48,521 bases of DNA from an uncultured Lutibacter sp. (GCA_947311835.1 CAMZLV010000087.1:1-48521); one strand, 5' to 3'. Counted from the first letter of the stretch, positions 1-9,862 are shown. The notes: generated by a model from the letters alone, not told the origin. A program made the numbers and translations.

Positions 1-48
1 ATCTGACTGTTAATCAGAGGGTCCTAGGTTCGAGCCCTAGAGGAGGAG
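1..48 (+). tRNA. tRNA-Asn(GTT), 3' portion only (truncated by window start)
   Basis: Anticodon stem TCTGA(2-6)/TCAGA(14-18) with loop CT-GTT-AA; T-arm CTAGG-TTCGAGC-CCTAG (24-40); acceptor 3' strand AGGAGGA plus discriminator G48; CCA not encoded. Confidence 0.93.
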
Positions 49-58
49 CAAGATAAAC

Positions 59-95
59 AAAGCCTTTACAGTAATGTAGAGGCTTTCTTGTTTTT
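59..95 (+). terminator. Intrinsic terminator-like hairpin after tRNA-Asn
   Basis: 12-bp stem AAAGCCTTTACA/TGTAGAGGCTTT (one G-U) with GTAA tetraloop, followed by T-rich tail CTTGTTTTT. Confidence 0.7.
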
Positions 96-113
96 AGAAC
101 CATACAAGTTTTA

Positions 114-133
114 AGACTGTTCCAGACTGTTCC
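114..133. repeat. 10-bp tandem direct repeat AGACTGTTCC x2
   Basis: Exact copies at 114-123 and 124-133. Confidence 0.85.
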
Positions 134-154
134 TAAATTAGTTCTATAATTACT

Positions 155-1114
155 CTATTTTTCTTTATTGTAAATAGGTAGAAATAAAAACGACAATCCA
201 CCAAAGGTAAGTACCATAACGGTTTGTGCTGTCCACATTAATAATCCGAATGAAGTTCCAGATTCTTTACTAATTCCATAAAGTGCAAGAGCTTGAAATA
301 CAAAAATAGGATACGCTCCAAATCCTCCATTAGTAATAGACATCGCTATTGCTCCTGCAATAAAACCAACTAAAACTGCTTCAAAAGACAAATGTGATGT
401 TTCTGGAATTGCAAAAGTTACTGCCCAAAACATACAAATATACATTGTCCAAATAAAGAAGGTATGAAAAATAAACGCCCATTTTTTTTTCATTTTAAAA
501 ATACTACTTACTCCTTCAAGTAATCCTTTTGTGAAGTTTTTTATTTTTAAAGCTACTTTTGAAGTGGATTTTCCTAAAAATCTATAGCCAATAAATAATA
601 GTAATAAAATAACTAAAATACTTATAATCTTTTGTGTTGGATTAGAACCTTTAAAATAATCTAATATTAAATCGGATTGTAAAAAAAACACGATTCCTAA
701 AATTAATAAAAGCATTATAATATCCGAAATTCGTTCCGCTACGATACTTCCAAAGCCTTTTTCAAATGGTATATCTTCATATTTAGCCATTGTTGCAGCT
801 CTTCCTATTTCTCCTGATCGTGGTATTGCAATATTTAATAAATACGCAACCAAAACTGCCATAATACTGTTTGGATATTTAGGTTTATAACCCATCGGTT
901 CTAACATGAAATGCCAACGATATGCTCGAGATAAATGACTTAAAATTCCAAAAAGCAAAGAAAGAAAAATCCAATAATAATTGGCGTTTTTTAAATCGTA
1001 AATAATTTTATCTATTTGATCGTCAGTAAATTTGTTTAGATAATACCATATTAAAAATACTCCCAATAAAATTGGAAGTATTGCAAATAGTGTTTTTTTG
1101 AATTTTTTATTCAA
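155..1114 (-). CDS. Lysylphosphatidylglycerol synthase TM / flippase-like membrane protein (YbhN-like)
   Basis: 319 aa, multiple TM helices, motifs RAYRW, N-x-x-IPRSGE-x-x-R, ER-x-x-D, GGFGAY; TTG start. Confidence 0.85.
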   Translation of the reverse strand: MNKKFKKTLFAILPILLGVFLIWYYLNKFTDDQIDKIIYDLKNANYYWIFLSLLFGILSHLSRAYRWHFMLEPMGYKPKYPNSIMAVLVAYLLNIAIPRSGEIGRAATMAKYEDIPFEKGFGSIVAERISDIIMLLLILGIVFFLQSDLILDYFKGSNPTQKIISILVILLLLFIGYRFLGKSTSKVALKIKNFTKGLLEGVSSIFKMKKKWAFIFHTFFIWTMYICMFWAVTFAIPETSHLSFEAVLVGFIAGAIAMSITNGGFGAYPIFVFQALALYGISKESGTSFGLLMWTAQTVMVLTFGGLSFLFLPIYNKEK

Positions 1115-1123
1115 AATATATTT

Positions 1124-1474
1124 TTAAGTAAGTAAATTGGTTTCTTCGTTTGGAAAAATAACAAATGGTTTGAATTTTTTCGCTTCTTCAAACTCCATCA
1201 TTGCATAGGTAAATAAGATTAAAACATCGCCAACGGCAACCTTTCTTGCTGCTGCTCCATTTAATATTATTTCTCCTTTTCCGCGTTCACCTGGAATAAC
1301 ATAGGTTTCTAATCGCTCACCATTACTGTTGTTTACAACTTGAATTTTTTCGCCTTCAATAATGTTTGCTGCATCCATTAAATCTTCATCAATAGTTACA
1401 CTACCAATATAATTTAAGTCTGCTCCTGTTACTTTTACTCTGTGAATCTTTGATTTTACTACGGTTACTAACAT
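1124..1474 (-). CDS. panD: Aspartate 1-decarboxylase
   Basis: KSKIHR, LNYIG-S pyruvoyl cleavage site, RLETY, LNGAAAR motifs; adjacent to panC. Confidence 0.98.
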   Translation of the reverse strand: MLVTVVKSKIHRVKVTGADLNYIGSVTIDEDLMDAANIIEGEKIQVVNNSNGERLETYVIPGERGKGEIILNGAAARKVAVGDVLILFTYAMMEFEEAKKFKPFVIFPNEETNLLT

Positions 1475-1479
1475 ATTTG

Positions 1480-1487
1480 CAAAATTA
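1480..1487 (-). promoter_or_regulatory. Bacteroidota -7 promoter box (TAATTTTG) for panD
   Basis: Matches TAnnTTTG on the minus strand, 5 nt before the panD ATG. Confidence 0.55.
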
Positions 1488-1503
1488 AATAATTTTAATC
1501 TTA

Positions 1504-2343
1504 TTATAACGCTATATTATCTATTAGTCTTATTTCTCCAGCAAAAACAGCAATAAATCCTCTATAAGCATTCCCTTTTTCTTTCTTTTTTATAGATTGA
1601 AGCGTTTTTTCATCGGCAATTTCAAAATATTCTAATTTTAATAACGGATGCTTTTTAAATTTCTTTTTGACCCATTTCACTACTTTTTTTGCACTTTTAT
1701 TTTTAAATTTCTTTTTAGCCTTTTTAAGTGTTTTGTATATAAATGGAGCTGCTTGTCTATATTCTTGCGTAAGACGCGTATTTCTTGAACTCATTGCTAG
1801 TCCATCTTCTTCTCTATAGATTTCACATCCTACAATATTTACAGGAATATTATTTTTTTCAACCATTTTTTTGATGATTTGTAATTGTTGAAAATCTTTT
1901 TCGCCAAAATAAGCATTTGTAGGTTTTACTATTTCAAAAAGTCGTTGTACGATTGTTCCCACACCATCAAAGTGACCATCTCTAAACTTCCCTTCCATTT
2001 GATGTTCTAAACCATCAAAATTAAAAGAAGTAGACGCAAGATTTGTGCCGTATATTTCTTCTGAAGAAGGTGTAAAAACCACATCACAACCTATCGATTC
2101 TAAGAGTTTTAAATCGTTTTCTTCGGTTCTTGGATATTTAACTAAATCTTCTTGATTGTCAAACTGAGTTGGATTTACAAAAATGCTAACAACTATAATG
2201 TTGTTTTGTTCTTTGGCTTTTTCTATCAATGATAAATGCCCTTTGTGTAAAGCGCCCATAGTAGGAATAAAACCTATCGATTGAGGACTATCACTGTTAT
2301 TTAAATATTTTTGTAATGCTACTATCTTTTTAAAAACAAACAT
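1504..2343 (-). CDS. panC: Pantoate--beta-alanine ligase
   Basis: [46 protein letters not shown] motifs. Confidence 0.98.
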   Translation of the reverse strand: MFVFKKIVALQKYLNNSDSPQSIGFIPTMGALHKGHLSLIEKAKEQNNIIVVSIFVNPTQFDNQEDLVKYPRTEENDLKLLESIGCDVVFTPSSEEIYGTNLASTSFNFDGLEHQMEGKFRDGHFDGVGTIVQRLFEIVKPTNAYFGEKDFQQLQIIKKMVEKNNIPVNIVGCEIYREEDGLAMSSRNTRLTQEYRQAAPFIYKTLKKAKKKFKNKSAKKVVKWVKKKFKKHPLLKLEYFEIADEKTLQSIKKKEKGNAYRGFIAVFAGEIRLIDNIAL

Positions 2344-2374
2344 GTTATTATGTTATAATACTGTTAAATAGGTG

Positions 2375-2422
2375 CAAACTTACAGTTTTAGCATCAAAAT
2401 AAGTATAAAATTCGTATTTTTG
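2375..2422. promoter_or_regulatory. Divergent -7 promoter boxes for panC and the GT5-like operon
   Basis: TAAGTTTG on minus strand (2375-2382) and TATTTTTG on plus strand (2415-2422). Confidence 0.65.
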
Positions 2423-2447
2423 CACTATAAATTAATTATAGTCAATA

Positions 2448-3248
2448 ATGAAAGACAAAAGAGTATTATGTGTTTCTTCGGAAGTTGTTCCGTATTTGCC
2501 AGAAACAGAAATGGCAAGAATGTCATTTGATGCAGCAAGAATGGTACATGGTAAAAGTGGACAAACAAGGATTTTTATGCCTCGTTTTGGCTTAATTAAC
2601 GAGAGAAGACATCAATTACACGAAGTAATTAGATTGTCAGGAATGAATATGATAATTAATGATATTGATATGCCGTTAATTATTAAAGTTGCGTCTATCC
2701 CAAAAGAAAGAATGCAAGTTTATTTTATTGACAATGATGAATATTTTAAAAGAAAAGCAACATTTACTGATGATGATGGAAAATTATTTGATGATAATGA
2801 TGAACGTATGATTTTCTTTGCCAAAGGAGTAATAGAAACCGTTAAGAAATTAAATTGGGCGCCAGACATTATCCATGTTCATGGTTGGATGGCAGCGTTA
2901 TTACCTGTTTATTTAAAAGAATATTATAAAGATGATGCGTTATTTAACGATAGTAAAATTGTAACATCTATATATAATAACGGTTTTGAAGGAACGTTAA
3001 ATAAAGAATTAGTAAATAAAATGAGTTTTGATAATATTGAAAATTCAAACTCTATACAAACGCCAAATCACCATAACCTGCTTAAAATAGCCATTGAAAA
3101 CTCAGATGCAATCATCATTGGAAGTGAAGATCTTAATCCTGATTTGGTTGAATATGCAAAATCATTAGATAAACCTATACTAGACTACCATCCAGAATAT
3201 GATTTTAAAGACGCATATCTAGAATTTTATCAGAAAATAACAGAATAA
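2448..3248 (+). CDS. Glycogen/starch synthase-like protein (GT5 N-terminal domain only)
   Basis: SSEVVPY, RIFMPRFG, VYFIDNDEYF, DNDERMIFF, PDIIHVHGW motifs of the GT5 domain; only 266 aa. Confidence 0.85.
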   Translation: MKDKRVLCVSSEVVPYLPETEMARMSFDAARMVHGKSGQTRIFMPRFGLINERRHQLHEVIRLSGMNMIINDIDMPLIIKVASIPKERMQVYFIDNDEYFKRKATFTDDDGKLFDDNDERMIFFAKGVIETVKKLNWAPDIIHVHGWMAALLPVYLKEYYKDDALFNDSKIVTSIYNNGFEGTLNKELVNKMSFDNIENSNSIQTPNHHNLLKIAIENSDAIIIGSEDLNPDLVEYAKSLDKPILDYHPEYDFKDAYLEFYQKITE

Positions 3249-3263
3249 AAATTTAAAAAAATT

Positions 3264-4847
3264 ATGACAACAACAGTTGTAAAAGCAGTAAAACAATTCG
3301 CATTGTTTTCAGTATTTATTGTTGCAATACTATCTTGTGAATCAGATATTGAAGGCATAGGTACAAATATCGTAGAAAATGGTGTTTTTACATCAAATCA
3401 ATACAATTCAGATGTAAAAACATACAATAAAAACATACTTAAAAGAAAAGCAAAAAGCCTTGGACAGTATTTGTTAGGCGTTTATCACACCAATGACTTT
3501 GGGAAATTGGAAGCATCAATCGTAACACAATTAGCTCCGCCGTCTGCTCTTGATTTTGGAATTGATCCTGTAATCGATACAGTAATTTTAACCATTCCTT
3601 ATCAAGCAACAAAAATTGGAAATACAGATGTTGATGTTGCTGGTGAAACAATTGCTGTACCTGAATTTGAATTAGATTCTATATTTGGAGACCAAACTGT
3701 TGATTTTAATCTAAATGTATATCAATTAACATCGTATTTAAACACCTTAGATCCAACTAATCCATCAGAATTATTAGAATATTATACTGATTACACTTAC
3801 AATTACAATGCAAATCCATTATATAGTGGAACTTTTAAACCAAACGCTAAAGATACTGTTGTGTATGTCAATAGACCTGAAGTAATCATTGATTACGATA
3901 CAATGGATCATGATATCGATACAATCAAAAACACAAATTCTGTACCTGCAATTAGATTACCTTTAGACAAAACATTTTTTGCAAATAATTTTTTGCAAAA
4001 TGCGAACCTTTTGGAATCAACTGAAGCGTTTGTAGAATTTTTTAACGGTTTGTATATACAAGCAACGGAGAATACAAACTCTAAAGCTTCTGTTCTTTCC
4101 TTAAACTTATCATTAGAGTCTAATGTGACCATTTATTACACCAACACTACAATTGTTGACGAAACGATTAATGATGTTGATCAAAATGGAGATGGAGTAA
4201 TAGAAGCAGGAGCAAATGTAAGAACAAAACAAAGCGCGGCATTTATATTTAGTGGCATCACAACAAATACTTATGCAAGAGATTATACAACTTCAACGGC
4301 AAATACTTTTTTAACTTCTCCGAATACAGTTAATGGAGAAGAAAAATTATTTATTCAAGGTGCAGCAGGATCAATTGCTTTAATTGATTTATTTACCAAT
4401 GATGATTTAAATACCTTACGCGCTAATAATTGGTTAATAAATGAAGCTAATTTAACTTTTTATATCGATCAAACAGCTGAGAATTTAAATATCCCTAAGA
4501 AAATATCTCTTTACAACTTTGATGAAAATGCTCAAATAATAGATATGTTTACTGAAGGTCCTGATTTAATTGATGGAAATTTACAGAGAGATGACAATGA
4601 TAACCCTTTAAAATATACGGTTAATATTACAAATTACGTATCAAAAATACTTACACCTACTAATCCAATAACTTCTTCAACATTGGCGGTTAAAATTTTT
4701 AACCCTTTCGATATCCCTACGAGCGCTTTAGACACCGAAATTAAAGATTATAGTTGGTCTCCAAAGGGAGTAGTATTACACGGAAATCAATCATTAGATG
4801 CTGATAAAAGAGTTAAATTAGAAATTACCTATACTGAACTTAATTAA
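3264..4847 (+). CDS. DUF4270-family lipoprotein
   Basis: Signal peptide with ILSC lipobox and acidic residues after Cys; FFNGLYI, LFIQGAAG, LINEANLTFY motifs; position between GT5-like gene and glmS. Confidence 0.8.
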   Translation: MTTTVVKAVKQFALFSVFIVAILSCESDIEGIGTNIVENGVFTSNQYNSDVKTYNKNILKRKAKSLGQYLLGVYHTNDFGKLEASIVTQLAPPSALDFGIDPVIDTVILTIPYQATKIGNTDVDVAGETIAVPEFELDSIFGDQTVDFNLNVYQLTSYLNTLDPTNPSELLEYYTDYTYNYNANPLYSGTFKPNAKDTVVYVNRPEVIIDYDTMDHDIDTIKNTNSVPAIRLPLDKTFFANNFLQNANLLESTEAFVEFFNGLYIQATENTNSKASVLSLNLSLESNVTIYYTNTTIVDETINDVDQNGDGVIEAGANVRTKQSAAFIFSGITTNTYARDYTTSTANTFLTSPNTVNGEEKLFIQGAAGSIALIDLFTNDDLNTLRANNWLINEANLTFYIDQTAENLNIPKKISLYNFDENAQIIDMFTEGPDLIDGNLQRDDNDNPLKYTVNITNYVSKILTPTNPITSSTLAVKIFNPFDIPTSALDTEIKDYSWSPKGVVLHGNQSLDADKRVKLEITYTELN

Positions 4848-4862
4848 AAATACTAAAAAAAT

Positions 4863-6713
4863 ATGTGTGGAATTGCAGGGTATATAGGTTACAGAGAGGC
4901 GTATCCTATTGTTATAAAAGGACTTCAAAGACTAGAATATAGAGGATATGATAGTGCAGGAATAATGCTTTATGATAACAAAATTATTATTTCTAAAACC
5001 AAAGGAAAAGTTTCTGATTTAGAAAAATTAATGAACTCTGAAAACACAAAAGAAGGAACTATTGGTTTTGGTCATACACGTTGGGCAACTCACGGAATTC
5101 CTAATGATATAAACTCACATCCACACGTTTCAAACTCAGGAAATCTCGTTATTATTCATAACGGAATTATTGAAAATTACGATTCAATAAAACAGGAATT
5201 AACAAAAAGAGGATATACTTTTCAAAGTGATACAGATACCGAAGTTTTAGTAAACCTTATAGAAGAGATTAAAAAAACAAACAAATGTAAACTTGGAAAA
5301 GCAGTTCAAATAGCTTTAAACGAGGTGATTGGAGCGTATGCAATAGCTGTTTTTGATAAAGAAAAACCTGATGAACTAATTGTCGCACGACTAGGGAGTC
5401 CTATAGCAATAGGAATAGGTGAAGATAATAAAGAGTTTTTTGTAGCATCAGACGCGTCTCCTTTTATTGAATATACTAAAAACGCTATTTATCTAGAAGA
5501 TGAAGAAATGGCTATTATTAGAAAAGATAGAGGAATTAAAATACGTAAAATTAAAGACGACACTTTAATAACTCATGAAGTTCAACAATTAAAAATGAAT
5601 TTAGAGCAAATAGAAAAAGGTGGTTATGACCATTTTATGCTCAAAGAAATACACGAACAACCACACGCAATTACAGATACATATAGAGGTCGATTAATAG
5701 CTAACAAAGGCATTATTAGAATGGCAGGAGTTGATGATAATATCGAAAAGTTTTTAAATGCCAATAGAATTATAGTTGTAGCTTGTGGTACCTCTTGGCA
5801 CGCAGGATTAGTAGCGGAATATCTGTTTGAAGATTTGGCACGCATACCTGTTGAAGTAGAATATGCTTCAGAATTTAGATATAGAAACCCTATTATTACT
5901 GATAAAGATATAGTTATTGCTATATCACAATCAGGTGAAACTGCTGATACACTTGCCGCAATAAAACTAGCTAAAGAAAAAGGAGCGTTTGTATTTGGAG
6001 TTTGTAATGTTGTTGGCTCATCTATTGCACGAGAAACACATGCTGGAGCGTATACACACGCAGGACCTGAAATTGGCGTTGCATCTACAAAAGCGTTTAC
6101 AACACAAATTACACTTTTGTCTTTGATTGCTTTAAAATTAGGAAAAGCAAAAGGAAACTTATCTACAGTTGATTATCAAAATTACCTACAAGAAATGGAA
6201 TTAATTCCAAAAAAAGTAGCGGAATTATTAACTATTGATGACAAAGTAAAATACATAGCATCTATCTATAAAGATGTACCAAACTGTTTGTATCTTGGTA
6301 GAGGTTATAACTTTCCTGTAGCACTTGAAGGCGCATTAAAACTGAAAGAAATTTCATATATTCATGCAGAAGGATATCCTGCCGCAGAAATGAAACATGG
6401 TCCAATTGCTTTAATTGACGAAAACATGCCTATAGTAGTAATTGCTACCAGTAAAGGTCATTACGAAAAAGTAGTAAGTAATATTCAAGAAATAAAATCA
6501 CGCAAAGGGAAAATTATTGCAGTCGTTACAGAAGGTGATACACAAGTGAAAGCAATTGCAGATCATGTAATTGAAATACCTGAAACGAATGAAGCTTTTA
6601 CTCCTTTATTAACAACAATACCGCTACAATTATTATCATATCATATAGCGGTAATGTTAAATAAAAACGTAGATCAACCTAGAAATTTAGCGAAATCTGT
6701 TACAGTTGAGTAA
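4863..6713 (+). CDS. glmS: Glutamine--fructose-6-phosphate transaminase (isomerizing)
   Basis: MCGI Ntn start, LEYRGYDSAG, GHTRWATHG, SQSGETADT, C-terminal PRNLAKSVTVE. Confidence 0.99.
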   Translation: MCGIAGYIGYREAYPIVIKGLQRLEYRGYDSAGIMLYDNKIIISKTKGKVSDLEKLMNSENTKEGTIGFGHTRWATHGIPNDINSHPHVSNSGNLVIIHNGIIENYDSIKQELTKRGYTFQSDTDTEVLVNLIEEIKKTNKCKLGKAVQIALNEVIGAYAIAVFDKEKPDELIVARLGSPIAIGIGEDNKEFFVASDASPFIEYTKNAIYLEDEEMAIIRKDRGIKIRKIKDDTLITHEVQQLKMNLEQIEKGGYDHFMLKEIHEQPHAITDTYRGRLIANKGIIRMAGVDDNIEKFLNANRIIVVACGTSWHAGLVAEYLFEDLARIPVEVEYASEFRYRNPIITDKDIVIAISQSGETADTLAAIKLAKEKGAFVFGVCNVVGSSIARETHAGAYTHAGPEIGVASTKAFTTQITLLSLIALKLGKAKGNLSTVDYQNYLQEMELIPKKVAELLTIDDKVKYIASIYKDVPNCLYLGRGYNFPVALEGALKLKEISYIHAEGYPAAEMKHGPIALIDENMPIVVIATSKGHYEKVVSNIQEIKSRKGKIIAVVTEGDTQVKAIADHVIEIPETNEAFTPLLTTIPLQLLSYHIAVMLNKNVDQPRNLAKSVTVE

Positions 6714-7316
6714 CTAAACAACATCATGAACTTTAACAGGATTGCCGTTGTTCCATTCTGATAAAATATCAGCAGCAACGGCAGTTCCACTGCCTGAAGC
6801 TATAGCAAACTGACTTCTGAGTCCTGCCAATACACCTGCAACATAAATATTAGTGTCAACCACATAATTTATATTTTTAAGTTGTGTGCGTTCAATATCT
6901 GTAGGTAATTTGGCATGTGTTTCCGCATATTTTTCCAATCCTTTTATTGAAAAGTTTTTTGGACCAACAGCAAGAATTATTTTGTTTGCAGTATAAGAAT
7001 TTTTGTTCGTTGTAATAGTAATAACATCTTTTTCTTGTATAATTTCTATTACTTTCTCCTTTTCAATGAGTGCTACAGAAGGATACAAATCTTCTAATTG
7101 TTGTTTTCCTTGCTCCATAATGTCACTTCCAAGTGTGTTAGGAGCAAGTCCTAAAACATTATTAAATAAAGCGTTCTGTAGTGCAGAAGAACGTTGGTGA
7201 AAAATTACTCCAATTTTTTTATCTTTTGTAAATGGTAGGGTTTGAGCTGAACCAAAAAGTAAAGCAGATGACATTCCTGCAGCTCCACCACCAATAATTA
7301 ATACATCAAAATTCAT
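6714..7316 (-). CDS. Short FAD-dependent oxidoreductase (thioredoxin-reductase-like FAD domain)
   Basis: FDVLIIGGGAAG dinucleotide motif, IILAVG, IYVAG, QFAIASGSG. Start moved to ATG 7316 because the ORF-track start overlaps marC. Confidence 0.8.
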   Translation of the reverse strand: MNFDVLIIGGGAAGMSSALLFGSAQTLPFTKDKKIGVIFHQRSSALQNALFNNVLGLAPNTLGSDIMEQGKQQLEDLYPSVALIEKEKVIEIIQEKDVITITTNKNSYTANKIILAVGPKNFSIKGLEKYAETHAKLPTDIERTQLKNINYVVDTNIYVAGVLAGLRSQFAIASGSGTAVAADILSEWNNGNPVKVHDVV

Positions 7317-7326
7317 AATTATAATT

Positions 7327-7905
7327 TTAAAAAAGGAATTTAATATTTGCTGCAAATAACTTTATTGCTATTGCTAGTAAAATAACCCCAAACACTTTTC
7401 GAATAATATTTATTCCGTTTGGACCAATAAAATGTTCGATTTTAGCGGAAGTTTTTAATACTACATATATAAGTACAACGTTTAATAAAACCGCTGTTAT
7501 GATATTTTCTATTTGAAATGCAGCACGCAATGAAAGTAACGTAGTTAAACTTCCAGGACCTGCAATTAAAGGAAATGCTAGAGGAAATACCGATGCTGTA
7601 ATAACATTCGTATCGTCATCTTTATATAAAGTAATTCCTAAAATCATTTCTAAAGCAAGAAAAAATAAAATAAACGAACCTGCAACAGCAAAAGAATGTA
7701 CATCGACCCCTATTAACTGTAGTAAACTTTTTCCTAAAAACAGAAATATAATCATAATAAAACCTGCAATTAAAGCGGCTTTTTCAGATTGTATATGTCC
7801 AACCTTTTTTCGTAACTCTATGATAATAGGTATATTTCCAATAACATCAATTACCGCAAACAAAGTCATAAATGCAGTAAAGATTTCCTTAAAATCTAAT
7901 TTCAT
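7327..7905 (-). CDS. MarC family membrane protein
   Basis: LFAVIDVIGNIP, SFAVAG, FPLAFPLIAGPG, RKVFGVILLAIA; hydrophobic multi-TM pattern; -7 box TAATTTTG at 7926-7933. Confidence 0.92.
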   Translation of the reverse strand: MKLDFKEIFTAFMTLFAVIDVIGNIPIIIELRKKVGHIQSEKAALIAGFIMIIFLFLGKSLLQLIGVDVHSFAVAGSFILFFLALEMILGITLYKDDDTNVITASVFPLAFPLIAGPGSLTTLLSLRAAFQIENIITAVLLNVVLIYVVLKTSAKIEHFIGPNGINIIRKVFGVILLAIAIKLFAANIKFLF

Positions 7906-7988
7906 ATCCTTTTTATTTTAGGCGACAAAATTAGGAAACAAAATTTTAGATATCCTATTAAAATGAAATAAAATACTATTTTTGTTGC

Positions 7989-8570
7989 ATGATTCAATTA
8001 GGAAAAGCACTTATTTCAGAAGATATAATAGAAAAAGAATTTGTATGTAACTTATCTGCTTGCAAAGGAGTGTGTTGTATAGATGGAGATGCTGGAGCGC
8101 CACTTGAGGAAGATGAACTTAAGATACTAATGGATATTTATCCGAAGGTAAAACCATTTTTAAGAAAAGAAGGAATTAAAGCAATTGAAGAACAAGGGCT
8201 TTTTACAACTACCGATGGCGAACATGAAACTACACTTATTGATGGAAAAGATTGTGCTTATGTTATTTTTGATGATAATAAAACCGCTTTATGCGGAATT
8301 GAAGAAGCTTATAATCAAGGTGAAATTTCTTGGAAAAAACCAATATCGTGCCATCTATATCCTATAAGAGTTAGAGATTATACTGAGTTTTCAGCAGTAA
8401 ACTATCATAAATGGGAAATATGTGATGATGCATGCACGCTTGGTAAAGAATTACAAGTTCCAGTTTATAAATTTGTAAAACAAGCACTGATTAGAAAATT
8501 TGGTGAAAACTGGTATGCTGAACTCGAAAAAACAGCCGAAGAATATTTAAAAAGTAAGACAGAAAAATAA
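7989..8570 (+). CDS. DUF3109 family cysteine-cluster protein
   Basis: FVCNLSACKGVCCIDGDAGAPL, CGIE, KPISCHLYPIR motifs; -7 box TATTTTTG at 7977-7984. Confidence 0.88.
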   Translation: MIQLGKALISEDIIEKEFVCNLSACKGVCCIDGDAGAPLEEDELKILMDIYPKVKPFLRKEGIKAIEEQGLFTTTDGEHETTLIDGKDCAYVIFDDNKTALCGIEEAYNQGEISWKKPISCHLYPIRVRDYTEFSAVNYHKWEICDDACTLGKELQVPVYKFVKQALIRKFGENWYAELEKTAEEYLKSKTEK

Positions 8571-8770
8571 TAATTTTAAATTATTGATTAATTTTATTCA
8601 ACTTTTAAAATCATTATTTTAAAATCTGACGTTTTACTAAAAAGCTAACAAACTCAACTTGTTGCTAAATTTTAAATAGTTCAAACTGCTGATATACAAG
8701 CAATTATTTCTTTATAGGTTTACTAGTAAAACCAAAAAAAAAGTCCTTTTGTTAAAAACTCCCCTACGAT

Positions 8771-8779
8771 TGTGAATAA
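8771..8779 (-). promoter_or_regulatory. Putative DnaA box upstream of nrdB
   Basis: TGTGAATAA is the reverse complement of TTATTCACA, matching TT(A/T)TNCACA, about 100 bp upstream of nrdB. Confidence 0.5.
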
Positions 8780-8876
8780 GTATAACTTTTAATTTCACTC
8801 AAAAATAGCAATCTTTGTTTCACTCATATAGAAGTAAAAATCTATTAAAATAACACTCTTTAAAAATACAATACAA

Positions 8877-9848
8877 ATGTCTACAATTGAACCAATTTTA
8901 CAAAAAAACAACGATAGATTTGTAATCTTTCCTATTCAACATAATGACATTTGGGAATGGTACAAAAAACAAGAAGCTAGTATTTGGACGGCTGAAGAAA
9001 TTGATTTACATCAAGATATCGTTGATTGGGAGCACAAATTAACAGATGATGAACGTTATTTTATCAAGCATGTTTTAGCCTTTTTTGCAGCTTCTGATGG
9101 AATCGTAAACGAAAACCTCGCAGAAAACTTTATTAGCGAAGTACAATATACAGAAGCAAAATTCTTCTATGGATTTCAAATAATGATGGAAAATATTCAT
9201 TCAGAAGTATATTCTTTATTAATTGATACTTATGTAAAAAATGAAGCCGAAAAAGATGAGTTGTTTAGAGCAATAGATGTATTTCCTGCAATTAAAGAAA
9301 AGGCAGAATGGGCACTAAAATGGATAGAGAGCGATAGTTTTGCTGAACGCTTAATTGCTTTTGCGGCCGTAGAAGGAATCTTCTTTTCAGGAAGTTTTTG
9401 CTCTATTTTTTGGATGAAAAAAAGAGGCTTACTTCCAGGATTAGCCTTCTCAAACGAACTCATATCAAGAGATGAAGGAATGCACTGTGATTTTGCAGTT
9501 CATCTTCACAATAATCATATTGTAAACAAAGTGCCTAAAGAACGAATTACAGAAATTCTAACCAATGCACTAGATATTGAAAGAGGTTTTATTACCGAAT
9601 CACTTCCTGTAAGTTTAATCGGAATGAACTCAAAATTAATGACACAATATTTAGAGTTTGTTACTGATAGATTGTTACAAGAATTTGGTTGTGATAAAGC
9701 ATACAACTCATCAAATCCTTTTGATTTTATGGAAATGATTTCGTTAGAAGGAAAAACAAATTTCTTTGAAAAACGAGTCTCTGAATATCAAAAAGCAGGT
9801 GTAAAATCAGGAGGAACAGGCAATATTTCTTTTGATGCTGATTTTTAA
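8877..9848 (+). CDS. nrdB: Ribonucleoside-diphosphate reductase class Ia beta subunit
   Basis: [21 protein letters not shown] (radical Tyr), [31 protein letters not shown]-terminal FDADF. Confidence 0.98.
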   Translation: MSTIEPILQKNNDRFVIFPIQHNDIWEWYKKQEASIWTAEEIDLHQDIVDWEHKLTDDERYFIKHVLAFFAASDGIVNENLAENFISEVQYTEAKFFYGFQIMMENIHSEVYSLLIDTYVKNEAEKDELFRAIDVFPAIKEKAEWALKWIESDSFAERLIAFAAVEGIFFSGSFCSIFWMKKRGLLPGLAFSNELISRDEGMHCDFAVHLHNNHIVNKVPKERITEILTNALDIERGFITESLPVSLIGMNSKLMTQYLEFVTDRLLQEFGCDKAYNSSNPFDFMEMISLEGKTNFFEKRVSEYQKAGVKSGGTGNISFDADF

Positions 9849-9862
9849 CCGACAAAAAACTC

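Noticed and set aside
1651-1734. Lys-rich PanC segment (16 K in 28 residues) as a nucleic-acid-binding addition
   Set aside because: It lies in a surface helix region without length change and is adequately explained by AT-biased drift.
4848-4862. glmS ribozyme
   Set aside because: Only 15 bp separate DUF4270 from glmS, leaving no room.
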